Assembly (NCBI RefSeq): GCF_964194155.1
Contig: NC_135903.1
Coordinates: 26,660,001 to 26,724,000, forward strand
DNA length: 64,000 nt
Reading direction: 5' to 3'
Source: Cetorhinus maximus
Lineage: Eukaryota
Within the stretch, counting starts at the first letter, position 1; each line of letters begins with the position of its first letter. Made by a program: the position numbers and the translations under genes. Positions 51,431-64,000 of the stretch are shown piece by piece. A model generated the notes under the pieces. It searched no databases. It saw only the letters and a list, made by a program, of their open reading frames with translations, and was not told where the DNA came from.

Positions 51431-54400
51431 TTTCTCACATACATGTTCGTTTTCCATGACACCTGCAACGAGTGCTGCTGGCAAGTGGGAGACTGGATGA
51501 GGACAGGGTGTCGCCAAGTTGCGATGACCTGGCTGATAAAATAGCCCGCAAATACTGCAAGGCAAATACTCCCAACAGGTTCGCATGAATAACGGTGGCA
51601 GGAAAGAATAAAGGATAGCTAGTGCCTGTGGGTCATATCCTAACAAACAGTCAACACCTCCAGGAGAAAAGAAAACCAGAAAATTATTGATGTAGAAAAT
51701 TGTGAACAAACATAAATAAACATTTTTTGTGTATGTTTTATATACGTGCAGCTTTGTTGAGGCCAACTGCAGTTCCCCAAATGGCATTCTGATTGAGATC
51801 AGGCAACAGTGCACAAAACAGTCATCGAATCTGGGAGTATTTTAGTCCATAGGGTTTAGTTCTACATTCTCATTCTTACAGGAATTTTAAATAAGAGGAA
51901 GCTGTTAAATAATTAAATAATGTGAAGAACAATGTACAACATTTTAGCTCTGCTAATTATCTAGATCAATGTAGAACTGGAGCCTCACTGTGGAACACTC
52001 CCATATTATTCTGCAGGTTTATTTTCAAGCAACTCAGTGTTCCAGAAATGAGAAGGGAAAATTGTGATACCACAAAGGCCTGGATACCTGGGACAACATC
52101 TTGCATAATGAAAAGTATAATTACAAACACAGGTATGTTTTAGCTTAAATTTGGCAATTTTCAGATGGTGAGTGGGGAAGAGGTGGCAAGTTGTTGAGGA
52201 TTTGTTTCAACGATGAGCAGCACAAGGTGGGAATGAAACAGGAAGAAAGGGTTACAGAGTTTCAAGATGAGTATGAATGAAATTGGTAGGGTGAAGTGCA
52301 AGACTTAAAGGGAAACATTATTGTGATACTAAAGGAGAGATGAAGGAACAAGAATGGAGGAAAGTATTTAAATCTGCATGTATCAATTCACTGGGGAGAG
52401 GAGTCTTAGGGTTTAGTGGGATTCCGAGAATTTTGGAAGATGATTTATAGGTGTATGAAAAGAGGCAAGGGTGTTTATGGTCATTGGAAACATGGGGTTT
52501 ATGGGTAGGGGAGGAAATTCAGGGTCTTGGAGTAGAAGGTATGGTTGTAGAATTTTGGGGATACTGAAGGTGGCTTTATGATGAGGAAGCACTTGGGGAG
52601 TAGATTGAGAGCTATGAGGACCTTGGGTGTGGAATATTAGGAACGAAGGAGCATATGTTAGGGGAGTTAGCATGGGATCTGTTAGAAAGGCTGAGATTTT
52701 AGGAGAAGTGGCAGGGTAGACATGGAATGTTCAATTAGCCCGATGGAGGGTTTTGGCATTTGGCAGCATGTGCAAGAGGATATTGGAATGATATCGGGTG
52801 AGGAAGCACTGGGATTGGAAGTCATTGGGAAATTTTGAACTATCAGAGTGCTCCAAGTGAGGTGCAAAGCATTGGTATAGAAATAGATGAAGTTTGGGAA
52901 TAGTGAGAACAGGTTCCAAAGTCTGAGAACAGTATGTTGAGATGTAGCAATCATGAGCTGTGTTTTCCAGGTTTTTGCAGCATTACAAGAGTGGCCTTTG
53001 ATTCTGGAAATATTGGGTATGGGGTTTTAGGGTTTGGGACCTGAGAGCAAGGGTCATAGAATATGGAAGCATCAGAGACCTGCAAGATTCTCAGGAGATG
53101 GGAGGGGTACTGCAGATCTGGTAGAATTTGGGATGAGAATATTCAGATATGGTAGAAATGAAAATATGTTGGGGTTATAGGGGCACAGGCAGATAGAAGA
53201 ATTTTGGGATGTTGGGAGATGGAGGAAGGCATTGTGATCACCATTTTCTGACAAGAACATGTCACATTGAGAGGAAAGCAATAGGGGCTCAAAGTGAACT
53301 GGGGTCAGTGAAAAAAGCAGAGAAAAGGTACTGGCATTTGGGATGGGAGTCACAAGAGGCTGCAGCAGGGTATAAAGCAGTGATGGAGGAAACAATTGGT
53401 CACTCTCCAAACACAGCACTAACTTTGTTTGCTAGCAGATTATCATGAAATCTTTAATAACATTTTGAATTCTTCACCAGTAATATTTACCAGCACAGCA
53501 TAATTTAACAATAACTTTGTTCTCTGAAGAGCATTGTGTCAACATTAGGGGTAAGTTTTATGAAGAAATGTCATAATGTCATAACTTATCCTTTCTCTTC
53601 ATAGGTGCAAACTAACCTGTTATATGCTTTTGATATATTTTGTTTTTTATTTCAGTGGAATGATTTTCGTTTGACTCAATTCCGGCAACAGTTAGAAAAA
53701 GAACAAAATACTGCAAATTCTGGAAATCTGAAGTAAAACACAAAAAGCTGGAAACAAACAGCAGATGAAAACTGACCTACTGTGTGTTTTCAGCTGAAAG
53801 GGAAGACTTGCATTTCCATAACATTTCATTAAAATCGCTAAGCATTTCGCATATTATTAAATACTTTAAAGTGCAGTTGCTGCAGGGAAAAGTGGAAGCC
53901 ATTTTGCGCACAGTTAGATTTCAAGAATAGGAATAAGATGTATGGCCAACGTTTTGAGTGGTGCTGGGTCAGCATACCAGGAAAACTCATTACTATTGAA
54001 GATGGAAATATGCCTGAGACGAATGTTGGTGTTTTCCAAATCTATCCACATGAATGTTCTTTTTCTGACATAATTCAACATTTGGAATTCCCTTTAGTTC
54101 TACTGGCACAGTTGAAGTTCTAGTTCTTAAATGGTTACAGTGAAAACCTAATACTTGCATAGGGAAAGGATTGATCTTTAATGATCACCACATACTTGGC
54201 TTGAAGCTTCATTGAATGCTGCATCTTTTCCCTTTGTTTCTTGCCAGTTTTCTCCTCCAAAAAGTAGTAACACTGAGCTGAGGTCCAATTCTGTAGGCAC
54301 TGGAAGTACTGCTGTACGTCACCCTAGTAACCATTATTCATGTGTTAGCCTTGACAATGATTCAGCAGCCTTTGACCAGCGGGGGAGTTAAAACAGCCTA

Positions 54401-55020
54401 AACCTGACTCCATGCATACTTCCAGCAGGGATTTCCGAATTGTAATCAAGGGTCAGAAACCCGCCTGATTTTATTTCTATCCTTCGCACTAATTCTTTCC
54501 TAACTCAAGGATGCTCTTGTCTCTTGTAGCACCCTACGATCACCCTGGCTGAGATCAGCTAACAGCACAGAATAGGGATCATTTTTGTCCCCATCTCCAT
54601 TTCTTCTGGTTATTGGCCCAAGTGAGCCCTGGAAGACTACCAGCTGTTCGAAATGCAATAATGCCAGATTCATTTAATGATGAGTCTCTTAAATAAAATA
54701 CCATAGTCTGTGCATCACTTAGAATTTTCACAGTAATTCATAATATTTCATAAGCAAAGGCCGGGAGAAGAAAAGGCCGCTTGTCTCATTGAAGTTCATT
54801 CCACTAGTATCCTAACATTGGGATTTTAACATCTAACTGTATTTTGTAAATCCCTCAGATTTTGTCACTATCACTGTGCCTGATAGCTGAGAGTTGAAAG
54901 TACGAAACACATAAAATTAAGTCAATCAAAGGCCAAAGGCACATGCTGTATTAGCTACTGAAATATATGAAAGTCTCAGAAAGAAAATCTTTGACTTATT
55001 ATTTGTTCATTTTGATCATT

Positions 55021-58000
55021 GGACTGAATTTTATGTACCTTGAAAATGGGCGGAGGTTCGTTCCAGAAGTTGGTGGCTCATTGACTCTTGTCCCCACCTT
55101 TGGAAGATGGCGCATAATACATGTAGTGGCCAGTTAACAGCTGCCCTGTGGGGAGCTGGGCAACAGCTTCTGTGGGTGGTGTGATGTGAGCTCAATGGGC
55201 CAACGAAAGTGGGACGTCCGGGCATAGAGGTGTCTGGCCTGAAAGGAGGTCATGACCTCCCATTTAAAGGGACCATTGGACTGCGCCAGTGAGCATCGTT
55301 TTAAGAGAATCATTGGAGAGATTTCATTTCAACCATAGGAAGAGCTGAGTGAACATTTTTAGATCTGTATGACTGTTATTACTGATGGGAAGCTTTCAGG
55401 ATGTTTGCCAGGGAAGAAATAGCATTGGAATGCAGCTGACCCATCACCTTGATAAATATCGACTGTTTAGAGAGATGTTTAACAGCAGGCTGTTAATGTT
55501 CTGTGTCTCTCCACAGATAGTTGAGAGAGAAGGGAGCCAGGTGATGGGGAGAGCATAAGGTCAAGGATAGCCTCAAGGTTTGGCAATGACTTCCTGTGAG
55601 CCCTCCTCCAGGCTGTAAGTGAACAGCAGGAGGTACTCATTCCTGCTGACAGGAAGAGGAGACCTCCCAGCCTGGACAGAGGTTGCAGCAGAGGTGAGCA
55701 ACTTTGGGTCATCCAGCGAGCTTCAGTACCAGAAATCCCTCAACGACCTTCTCAGATCTGCAAGGGTGAGTGGGTCACCATTCTGGAGATGGGCATACAT
55801 GGACGGTTATGTGAAGGCTCCATTAAGGGATCGTCTTGTGTGTTGGCCAAATGTGTAAGGCGGTATGATGCACACATGGCATTCCGCATGGCGCCAGGGG
55901 GTTTAAAGGGGTTTGGTGTGGGGGGAGGTGTAAATGGCACACCGGCTAGGTGGTCCAAATAATTATGAAACTTGTGCTGCTGATAGAGTTCTCATTGGCC
56001 ATGCATGCTGAAGAATGTTTGCACAGGAGAATCAAAATCATTACAATGTTGAACTTTAATTGCAGGAAAAGATGCCAAGGAGAGAAGCAAAACTGGAGGC
56101 GGTGTGGCAAACCTGGCCATTTTAACTCTCATTGAGGAGGAGGTGCTGCAATTGGCTGCCAATGAATGGAGCTGAGCTGTTGGTTGATACAAGATAGGAG
56201 GAAGACCCCAGGGTGGTGAGATTGCAAGGGAGCATCTTTATAATTGAAACAAACATGTGTTAAGAGGGCTGGGAAGGCGACGTGTGCATGATGGTTGAAA
56301 TGCTGTTAGGAATGAGGCATTGATGGTTTGTGACTTTGAAGGCTCTTGTGCATCAGGGAGGAAAGTGTGACTGTATTTTGAAAGGTGTAAAATGCAAACA
56401 CTGAGTAACATGTCAGTCCAGTGCTAGCAACAAAAATGCTTGTCTCAGCGCACTCATCCCGAAGGTAGAAGATGGCCCTAACCATCTCTGTTTTTGTTTC
56501 TTACACAGGTGCAACATTGGCTGCTGCTGCTGCCACTAGCTCCCATGGTCCCACATTGACCTCTGAGGAGCAAGACGAAGCCTCAGAGGGTGCAGCATCA
56601 TAGTCTTGCTCTGCACCCAGCAGCAGCATAGATACTTGCACTTCGGTGGGTAATGGCACCTCAGACATACGGGAACCACAAACAGGTGAGGACGCATCAC
56701 GGTCACACGTGCCGCTACTGGAAACTGAGATGGATCAGACATCTGGCGGTCAGAGGAGTGCTTGAGGCGACCAAGATTCTGAGCTTCAGTTTGTTGACGA
56801 TCCTCTGCAATCGTCTGTAAGGCGACAGATACTGGACGTCCAGCGCAAGGTGCGTGGAGATGTGGCAGAGAGGTTGTGCGCTCTGACACGGACTTTGGAG
56901 GAGTCCATCCAGGCCATGAGTGCTGTGATGACCCTCTCAACAGAACATATGGCTTCCTCCATTGACAGACTGGTGACTATAATGGAGGACCAAAGCCAGC
57001 AGATAACTGATATAATAGTGGGTATGTGGGCTGGCCTGCGCTCCATCACTTTGTGTCTGAGCTCAGGGGCCAATAGCTAGGGTGCCAGAGGGATGAGGAG
57101 CCTGGAGTCACACCCAGCTTCTCATCCCTCTGAGGAAAGTAGGGAGAGCCAGCTGGAACTCATGGCAGAGGGTGATCAGCAGCAGATGCCATCGGGGGTG
57201 GGTGGGGGGGAGCATTTCTCAGGGCGCTTCTGATGGAGTCAGCCTCTCTTCTGCCCTCTGGCATTGGCACAAATACCTTTGCGTGCATGTCGACAGATGA
57301 GTCTCCTGCCACTGTACAGGAGGCTCCCACCATGCTAGGACCCTCACGGCCTCAGGCAACCAGAGGACGGCCACCACAGTCATTGCAGACAAGGTGGTGT
57401 AAGGATCAGCAGCCTGTCTCCATGGCAGGTGGCAGTGAGGGGGAAGCACCATACTGCAGCACCCGGAACAGATTCCAGAAAACCCCACAGTAGTCACACT
57501 TGGGTGTACATGGGTGTATTTATCATTTGTATTATTTGCACATGCTGCTGTGTATATAAATAATTTATTTTTTCAACATCTTGCAAACCTTCACTAGTTT
57601 ATTCACTGGTTTATTATGGAGAAGGATTCCAGTGATGGTCTTATGTGACTTTGTGATTATGTGCATCCAAATGATTGATATGGTTTGGATGTTTGAAATT
57701 ATCCAAGGTAACAAACTGATTTTCATGTAATGTAGGAGCACAAAGAAGGAAACAATGGCTATGAGACTGATATATTTGGAGAGACTCATATATTGGAATC
57801 TTCTCAGGATAAGAGCTTCCCATGTCTCGCGGCCATCTAGACATTCCCTGGAAGACCCTTGCATATCTGGCTGCTGCAGATCAGCCTCCTCTTCTTCTAG
57901 CTCCTCATCAGAGGAACAGTTTGTTCCCCATGAATCCTCCTCCAAAAGGGCAGCCCCTCTTTGCAGCGCCAGGTTGTGCAGAGCGCAGCAGACTAAGATC

Positions 58001-60826
58001 ATAGGGACATTCTTGATGGTGCACACTGGAGAGATCCATCTAATTTGTTGAGGCATCCAAATCTCATCTTATGGTCTGTTCAATTATGATCTGGCTGTGC
58101 CATGGTTCTTGCTATACTCAGCTGTTCCAGTACAGCTACAACTCTGCTATCTACCCAGCAATGTGGAAAATTGCCCAGGTATGTCCTGTACACAAAAAGC
58201 AGGACAAATCCAAACCAGCCAATTACTGCCCTATCAGTCTACTCTCGATCATCAGTAAAGTAATGGAAGGGGTCATCAACAGTGCTATCAAGCATCACTT
58301 GCTTAGCAATAACCTGCTCACTGATGCCCAGTTTGGGTTCCATGAGGGCCACTCAGCTCCTGACCTCATTACAGCCTTGGTTCAAACATGGACAAAAGAG
58401 CTGAACTCCCGAGGTGAGGAGAGTCACTGCCGTTGACATCAAGGCTGCATTTGACCGAGTGTGGCATCAAGGAGCCCTAGCAAAACTGTAGTCAATGGGA
58501 ATCGGGAAAAACTCTCCACTTGTTTGAGTCATACGTAGCACAAAGGAAGATGGTTGTGGTTGTAGGAGGCCAGTCATCTCAGTGCCAGGACATCACTGCA
58601 CGAGTTCCTCAGAGTAGTGTCCGAGGCCCAACCATCTTCAGCTGCTTCATCAATGACCTTCCTTCCATCATAAGGTCAGAAGTGGGGATGTTCGCTGATG
58701 ATTGCACAATGTTCAGCACCATTCGTGACTCCTCAGATACTGAAGCGGTCCATGTCGAAATGCAGCAAGACCTGGACAATATCCAGGCTTGGGTTGACAA
58801 GTGGCTCTTGTGTGGCATTCATGCCACACAAGAGCCAGCCAATGACCATCTCCAACAAGAGAGAATCTAACCATCGCCCTTGATGTTCAATGGCATTATC
58901 ATCACTGAATCCCCCACTATCAACATCCTGGGGGGTTACCATTGACCAGAAACTGAACTGGACTAGCTGTATAAATACTGTGGCTATGAGAACAGGTCAG
59001 AGGTTAGGAATCCTGCAACGTGTAACTCACCTCCTGACTCCCCAAAACCTCCCCATCTACAAGGCATGTCAGGAGTGTGATGGAATACTCTCCACTTGCC
59101 TGGATGCGTGCAACTCCAATAACACTTAAGAAGCTTGACACCATCCAGAACAAAGCAGCCCGCTTAATTGGTACCACATCCACAAAAATTAACTCCCTCC
59201 ACCACCAATGCACAGTGGCAGCAGTGTGTACCATCTACAAGATGCACTGCAGGAATTCACCAAGGCTTCTTAGACATTAACTTCCAAACCTACGACCATT
59301 GCCATCTAGAAGGACAAGGGCAGCAGATAGATGGGAACACCACCACCTGGAAGCTCCCCTCCAAGTCACCATCCTGACTTGGAAATATATCGCCGTTCCT
59401 TCACTGGCGCTGGGTCAAAATCTTGGAACTCCCTTCCTAACAGCACTGTGGGTGTACCTACACCACATGGACTGCAGCGGTTCAAGAAGGCAGCCCACCA
59501 CCACCTTCTCAAGGATGGGCAAAAAATGCTGGCCTAGCCAGTGACGCCCACATCCCCCGGATGAATTTTTTAAAAAGCGGCACTCAGGTTCTGTCCTAGC
59601 CCTTCTAACAGTTGTCATGAGCCACTTCTTCAGAGGATAACCTTTATCATCAAGAAGCCATCCTTCCAGTGCATCTGGTCCATAAAACATCCCTGGTGAT
59701 GCCTGAGGACGTAAAAGCCGTGGCTGCACCCAGGTACCTTACACATACCTGCCTGATACATTGTTGGTGGTTGCACGGTATATGGACATTGATGGAGTGG
59801 CACCCCTTTCAGTTTATACGTGCCCTGGCTGCCCTCTGGTGCCTTGATGGTGACATGGGTGCACTCAATGACCTCTTGCACCCTTGGGAAGCCAGCCATG
59901 GCCGCAAAGCTTCTGGCTCTTTTCCGTTGGCTACTGTTGTCTGAGTGAAGGTAATTAATTGATGGGCGTGGCGAAACATGGTATCTATTGAAACCCTTAT
60001 GCAGTGATGTCCTGCAGGCTGGGTGATCCCACTCATGTCTTCACAGGCAGCCTGAAATGACCTGGAGGTGAACAAGTTCAGCACCATTGTGACTTCTAAT
60101 GCCACAGGCATCAGGTGGCCACCCACACAATTGGATGTTATCTCAGGAGCAAGCGTGTCACATAGGAAGGTGTCAGTGTTTCAGAAAAGGCAAAGTGACT
60201 GCAGGCTGGCCTCTTTTCTCCACATCATGTGGCTCCTGCCCCTGGTCAGCTGGCCTGCTCCTTCATCACCTTCTCCTCTTCCTCTCCTCTCCTCTCCTCC
60301 TCACTGGAAGAGGTATCGTTCAGAGAATGCATGATGCTCATAGGGGACTCAGCACCAATGGTGCAGTGATGGAAGATTACAGTATCAACAAGTTTGTATA
60401 GACTGTAATGATGTATAGCCCTGATTACGTTAAGAAATTCACGCACAGCAAATAATTCCTAATGAAATGCCTGTTAGCAGCCTGTCCCACTAAAGTCAGG
60501 CATGAACCCACCTCCAGCCTTTATACCTGCCTTTGCAGAGACTCTGAATAAAATCAAGCTTCCCACCTGGCATGTTTCACGTGTAGGCACCGTATTATCG
60601 CTTCTGGAATGTATTATTGGAGCTAGTTAGATTGCAAGCAAGCTTAAATGGGCATTACTTAGATAATTCAAAAGAGTAGGTGGACTGCTGATTTCGGAGC
60701 CCACCCGCCCACTGTATTATTGCGCACCGGTATAATGATGTTAGATTCATGACCTGAGGTCATCACACCGATATTAAGCTACTGCAGGACTACAGCAATG
60801 CCATTTTGGAGTGCAAAATTCAGCTC
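55021..60826. mobile_element. Full-length degenerate PIF/Harbinger DNA transposon (Myb/SANT-like gene on plus, DDE transposase on minus)
   Basis: TIRs GGACTGAATTTT / AAAATTCAGCTC and 3-bp TSD ATT on both sides. Minus strand has AGFPRVQEVIECTHVTIKAP, GWLLDDKGYPLKKWLMT and ILVCCALHNLAL (HARBI1-like). Plus strand has WTEVAAEV...KSLNDL (MSANTD/Myb-like) with splice sites. Convergent two-gene layout. Confidence 0.9.
58117..59575 (+). mobile_element. CR1/Jockey-group LINE (RT plus 3' end) inserted in the Harbinger transposase
   Basis: WKIAQVCPVHKK...NYCPISLLSIISKVME, QFGF, FINDL and MFADD. The transposase resumes on both sides (TEPECR / YSKNHGTAR). Confidence 0.92.
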
Positions 60827-60994
60827 ATTATTTTGTGTCAAAAGATGCTTGTTTCATTCATCTGTGCACCAGCTACCTGTGTTCACATTGTGATATCAAT
60901 CTCGCTTAGCAAATCTACAATCATAGGCCTGTGTACAGTTACATATGCTAATGGTAACTTATTATTGCTTCACAAACCCTTTCAACTTCATGAA

Positions 60995-61640
60995 GGGAGT
61001 TCCAGGATTTTGACCCAGCGACATTGAAGGAACGACGATATATTTCCAAGTCAGGATGGTGAGTGGCTTGGAGCGGAACTTCCAGGTGGTGGTGTTCCCA
61101 TTTATCTGCTGCCCTTTCCTTCTAGATGGCAGCGGTCGTGGGTTTGGAAGTCGCTGTCTGAGGAACCTTGATGAGTTTCTGCAGTGCATCTTGTAGATGA
61201 TACACACTACTGCCACTGTTCGTTGGTGGTGGAGGGAGTGTTTGTGGATGTGCCAATCAAGTGGGCTGCTCTGGATGTTGTCAAGCTTCTTGAGTATTGT
61301 TGGAGCTGCACTCATCCAGGCAAGCGGAGAACATTCCATCACACTCCTGACTTGTGCCTTGTAGATGGTGGACAGGCTTTGGAGAGTCAGGACTTGTTGC
61401 AGGATTCCTAACCTCTGGCCTGATCTCGTAGCCACAGTATTTATATAGCAAGTCTAGTTCAGTTTCTGGTCAATGGTAACCCCCAAGATGTTGATAGTGG
61501 GGGATTCAGCGATGGTAATGCCATTGAATGTCAAGGGCAATGGTTAGATTCTCTTTTGTTGGAGATGGTCATTGCCTGGCACTTGTGTGGCACGAATGCT
61601 ACTTGCCATTTGTCAGCACAAGCCTGGATATTGTCCAAAT
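60995..61640 (-). mobile_element. LINE fragment (same family), minus strand
   Basis: LSTIYKAQVRSVMECSPLAWM; reverse complement of 58770-59440. Confidence 0.88.
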
Positions 61641-61914
61641 CTTCACCACTGTGATATTGCACTTGTAGAAAATAATTTTGCAAGAGGGATTATGGAGTAG
61701 TGGAATAAAACCAAATGGACTAGTTATAAACAGGGAAAAAACTAAAGAGAAGGTGGGGATAGCTCAGTCACAAATATCTTGGGAAAAGGTTTAGCAATTT
61801 ATTTTGAAGTTAAAATGCTTGTATTGTGATGTTCGAAATGTGGAAAGGCACCAGGGAACTGGAAGTGTCAATTTCATTGGAACATCTAGACTTAGCTGCA
61901 TTAACAGTGACATG

Positions 61915-62537
61915 GGGCAGAATTTTTAGGTCAGTGGGCAAGCACGATCGGCGGGTCCGGGATCAACGGGGAACGGATTGCCCCCGACCGCGGTTTCATG
62001 CAGGCTGGCCAATTAACGGCCAGCCAGCATAAAGCACACGCTGAAATGCTCAGCGCTGCCGGGGTGGGGGTGGGAGGAGGGCGGGCGCGGACGTAAGCAC
62101 GGGCGAGCACTGAATTAAATCTCCCTGAAGGCAGAGAGCTGCCTCAGGGGGCTGTAGACTTGAAAACAATTAAAGAAAGTTTTTTAAATTAGGAGAAAAA
62201 TGTCCAAGCATTACAATCAGTCACCTGAACATATACATGCTAAAAATGCTGCCCATAGATTTTTTAACTTTAATAATGGACACCTCATCCCGCCCTTGGA
62301 TGAGGGTTCATGAAAAATGCAAAGTCTGCCTGGCCAATTCGCCCATCCACCAACGGTAAGGTTGGACGGACCATGGAAAATCAGAGACAATTGCAACTTT
62401 AATTAGACTAATCGGCCTCTTAATTGTCAGCGGGCGTGCTTCTGACTTTTGCACATGCTCGCTGACCAAAATATCACATGAGTGCGGGATGATGTCGGGC
62501 ATGCGCCAGCCCGCCCACCGTCCTAAAAATCCTGCCC
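61915..62537. mobile_element. Harbinger-type MITE
   Basis: TIRs GGGCAGAATTTT / AAAATCCTGCCC; internal homology to 35551-36199 and 40236-40922. Confidence 0.8.
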
Positions 62538-62569
62538 GCAGTTTCAACTGCATAGGAAAATAGGTCAGG

Positions 62570-63300
62570 GGTGATAGAAGCAGTCTCTTGAGTGGTCTAG
62601 AATGAAGAGCCATAGATGCAAGATAAAATTAAAGAGATTCAGAACAGAGATTAAGGGAAACCTCTTTACACACAGAGTTGAGGCTGCAGATTGGACGAAG
62701 GAAATGGGGACATAGGGAATGGAAACGGGATTGGTAAATGTGATTTGGATTGGGTTTGCATGGAGGGTAAATGCTACAATGGACTGATTGGGCTGATTAG
62801 CCTGTTTCTATGGTTTTTAATGTATTTTGATGTATCATTTATCTCCATTTCATATCTTAACCCTGCCACTATTGATATTCTCAATCATCTATGCTTTTCT
62901 CACTGTTAGGCTTGACTTCTGCAACAGTTTCCTTGCCAACATTCTGAGCTCCATTTTGCATAAACTCCATCTCATCTAAACCTTTTCCACCTACATTCTA
63001 TTCCATAGCAAGTCCTGTTTGTATATCTTGCTCTCATTGAACCTCCTATGACTTCTTTCCCCCAATTCAGTGTTTTAAAAATAATTTTTTTATTTATAAA
63101 TCCCTCCATGTCCTTGACCTACTCTACCTTTTAGCTTACACTCTCTTCAAAAGCTTGATTACTGGCCATTTCCTTCACCCAATCTATCAGTGGAGGTAGA
63201 CGCTGTCATCCGCAATTCTCTCTTCATCATCAAAACCTGTCTTTTTAACCAAAACTTTGGTCACCTCTTCTAAGTGTTCTTCTAATTCCTATTTGATGTC
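62570..63300 (+). mobile_element. Adjacent decayed CR1 (62570-62830) and L2 (62840-63300) 3' remnants
   Basis: ctctttacacacagagttg (FTQRV-like) with a CR1-like UTR, followed by L2-like aaaacctgtctttttaaccaaaactttggtcacc. Confidence 0.5.
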
Positions 63301-64000
63301 CATTCTCACCTTTTCACCCCATCCCAGTTGGAATTTTCCCCTGCAAGTTGTGGTTAGTAGAATCTGAGTGAGATTTTGCTATTTGGCATATTTTATAATG
63401 ACACATTTCTACTAAATAGCTTTACCAATATTTTAAACTTCACTATTAGTGTATATACTTACATTGATTTGAAATTATTCATTTTCTTTCAACTGTCATA
63501 GGGTAGGAGGAGGCTTGTGTGGGGATAAGCAATACAAAGACCAGTTGGGCTGAATGGCCTGTTTTCGTGCTGTACTTTTCTATGTGTAGGAGAATTATAC
63601 AGAACTGCTCAGCAACTATCTTCCAAGTTTTAGTTCTGGTATACTCAAGGACTTCCTGCAAAAAGTCTCAAACCAGAGATTGTACCTCACATTGGCAACT
63701 GCACTGGGGTGGAATTTATCAGATGTATTAAGATTTATTATTACCTAGAATGCCTTTTGAGCATAAGTTCTGTTTCTTCAACTTTGGCTCAATGAGTGGA
63801 CTCTGGCTTTCCTGTGCTGCTTGTGTCTAATGTGCTACCAGATGAGAGGTCCATGGAAAGCCAGAGCCGCACACCTCTGCTCTTTCCTGGGTGTGCAGTC
63901 TCTCCACCTTCTTCAGGCCATCTCCAAGTCAGTCACAGTCACCTGGTTCTCCTTAACCGGATACCTGCACAAAGACATTCCATCAGGTGAGCAAGTGCCC

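Noticed and set aside
57565-60300. Domesticated HARBI1 or NAIF1/MSANTD host genes
   Set aside because: Stops, frameshifts, a LINE insertion and intact TIR/TSD show a decayed transposon.
51000-64000. LSM12 coding exons expected head-to-head with G6PC3
   Set aside because: No MAAPPGEYFSVG-like peptide was found in this interval.

Overview
Vertebrate genomic DNA, most likely a cartilaginous fish (shark/ray), judged from its CR1/L2 LINE, SINE, Penelope and Harbinger repeat content. Two host genes are supported, both on the minus strand. (1) A complete six-exon glucose-6-phosphatase 3 gene (G6PC3, 50947 to 29481, 347 aa), with all GT-AG junctions and the three PAP2 catalytic motifs reconstructed. 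(2) An intact single-coding-exon Twist-family bHLH gene (18718 to 18245, 157 aa) with Twist3-type diagnostic residues and the typical 3'-UTR intron, lying in a TE-poor, CpG-enriched domain bounded by a strong CTCF motif. The most interesting point is the position of this Twist gene. It sits directly downstream of G6PC3, in the interval that in mammals separates G6PC3 from HDAC5 and holds no Twist gene. It may therefore be the HDAC5/HoxB-linked ohnolog (a candidate fourth Twist) lost from mammals; this is an inference that needs phylogeny and synteny checks. The rest of the window is decayed transposons: a Gypsy integrase plus 3' LTR, a near full-length CR1, many LINE/SINE fragments, solo LTRs, a full-length degenerate Harbinger with related MITEs, a Tx1-like insertion with a 14-bp TSD, and Penelope terminal repeats with hammerhead-like cores, including an 84-bp perfect inverted repeat. 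Repeat family names come from motif recognition, not database searches, and most repeat boundaries are approximate unless a TSD is cited.
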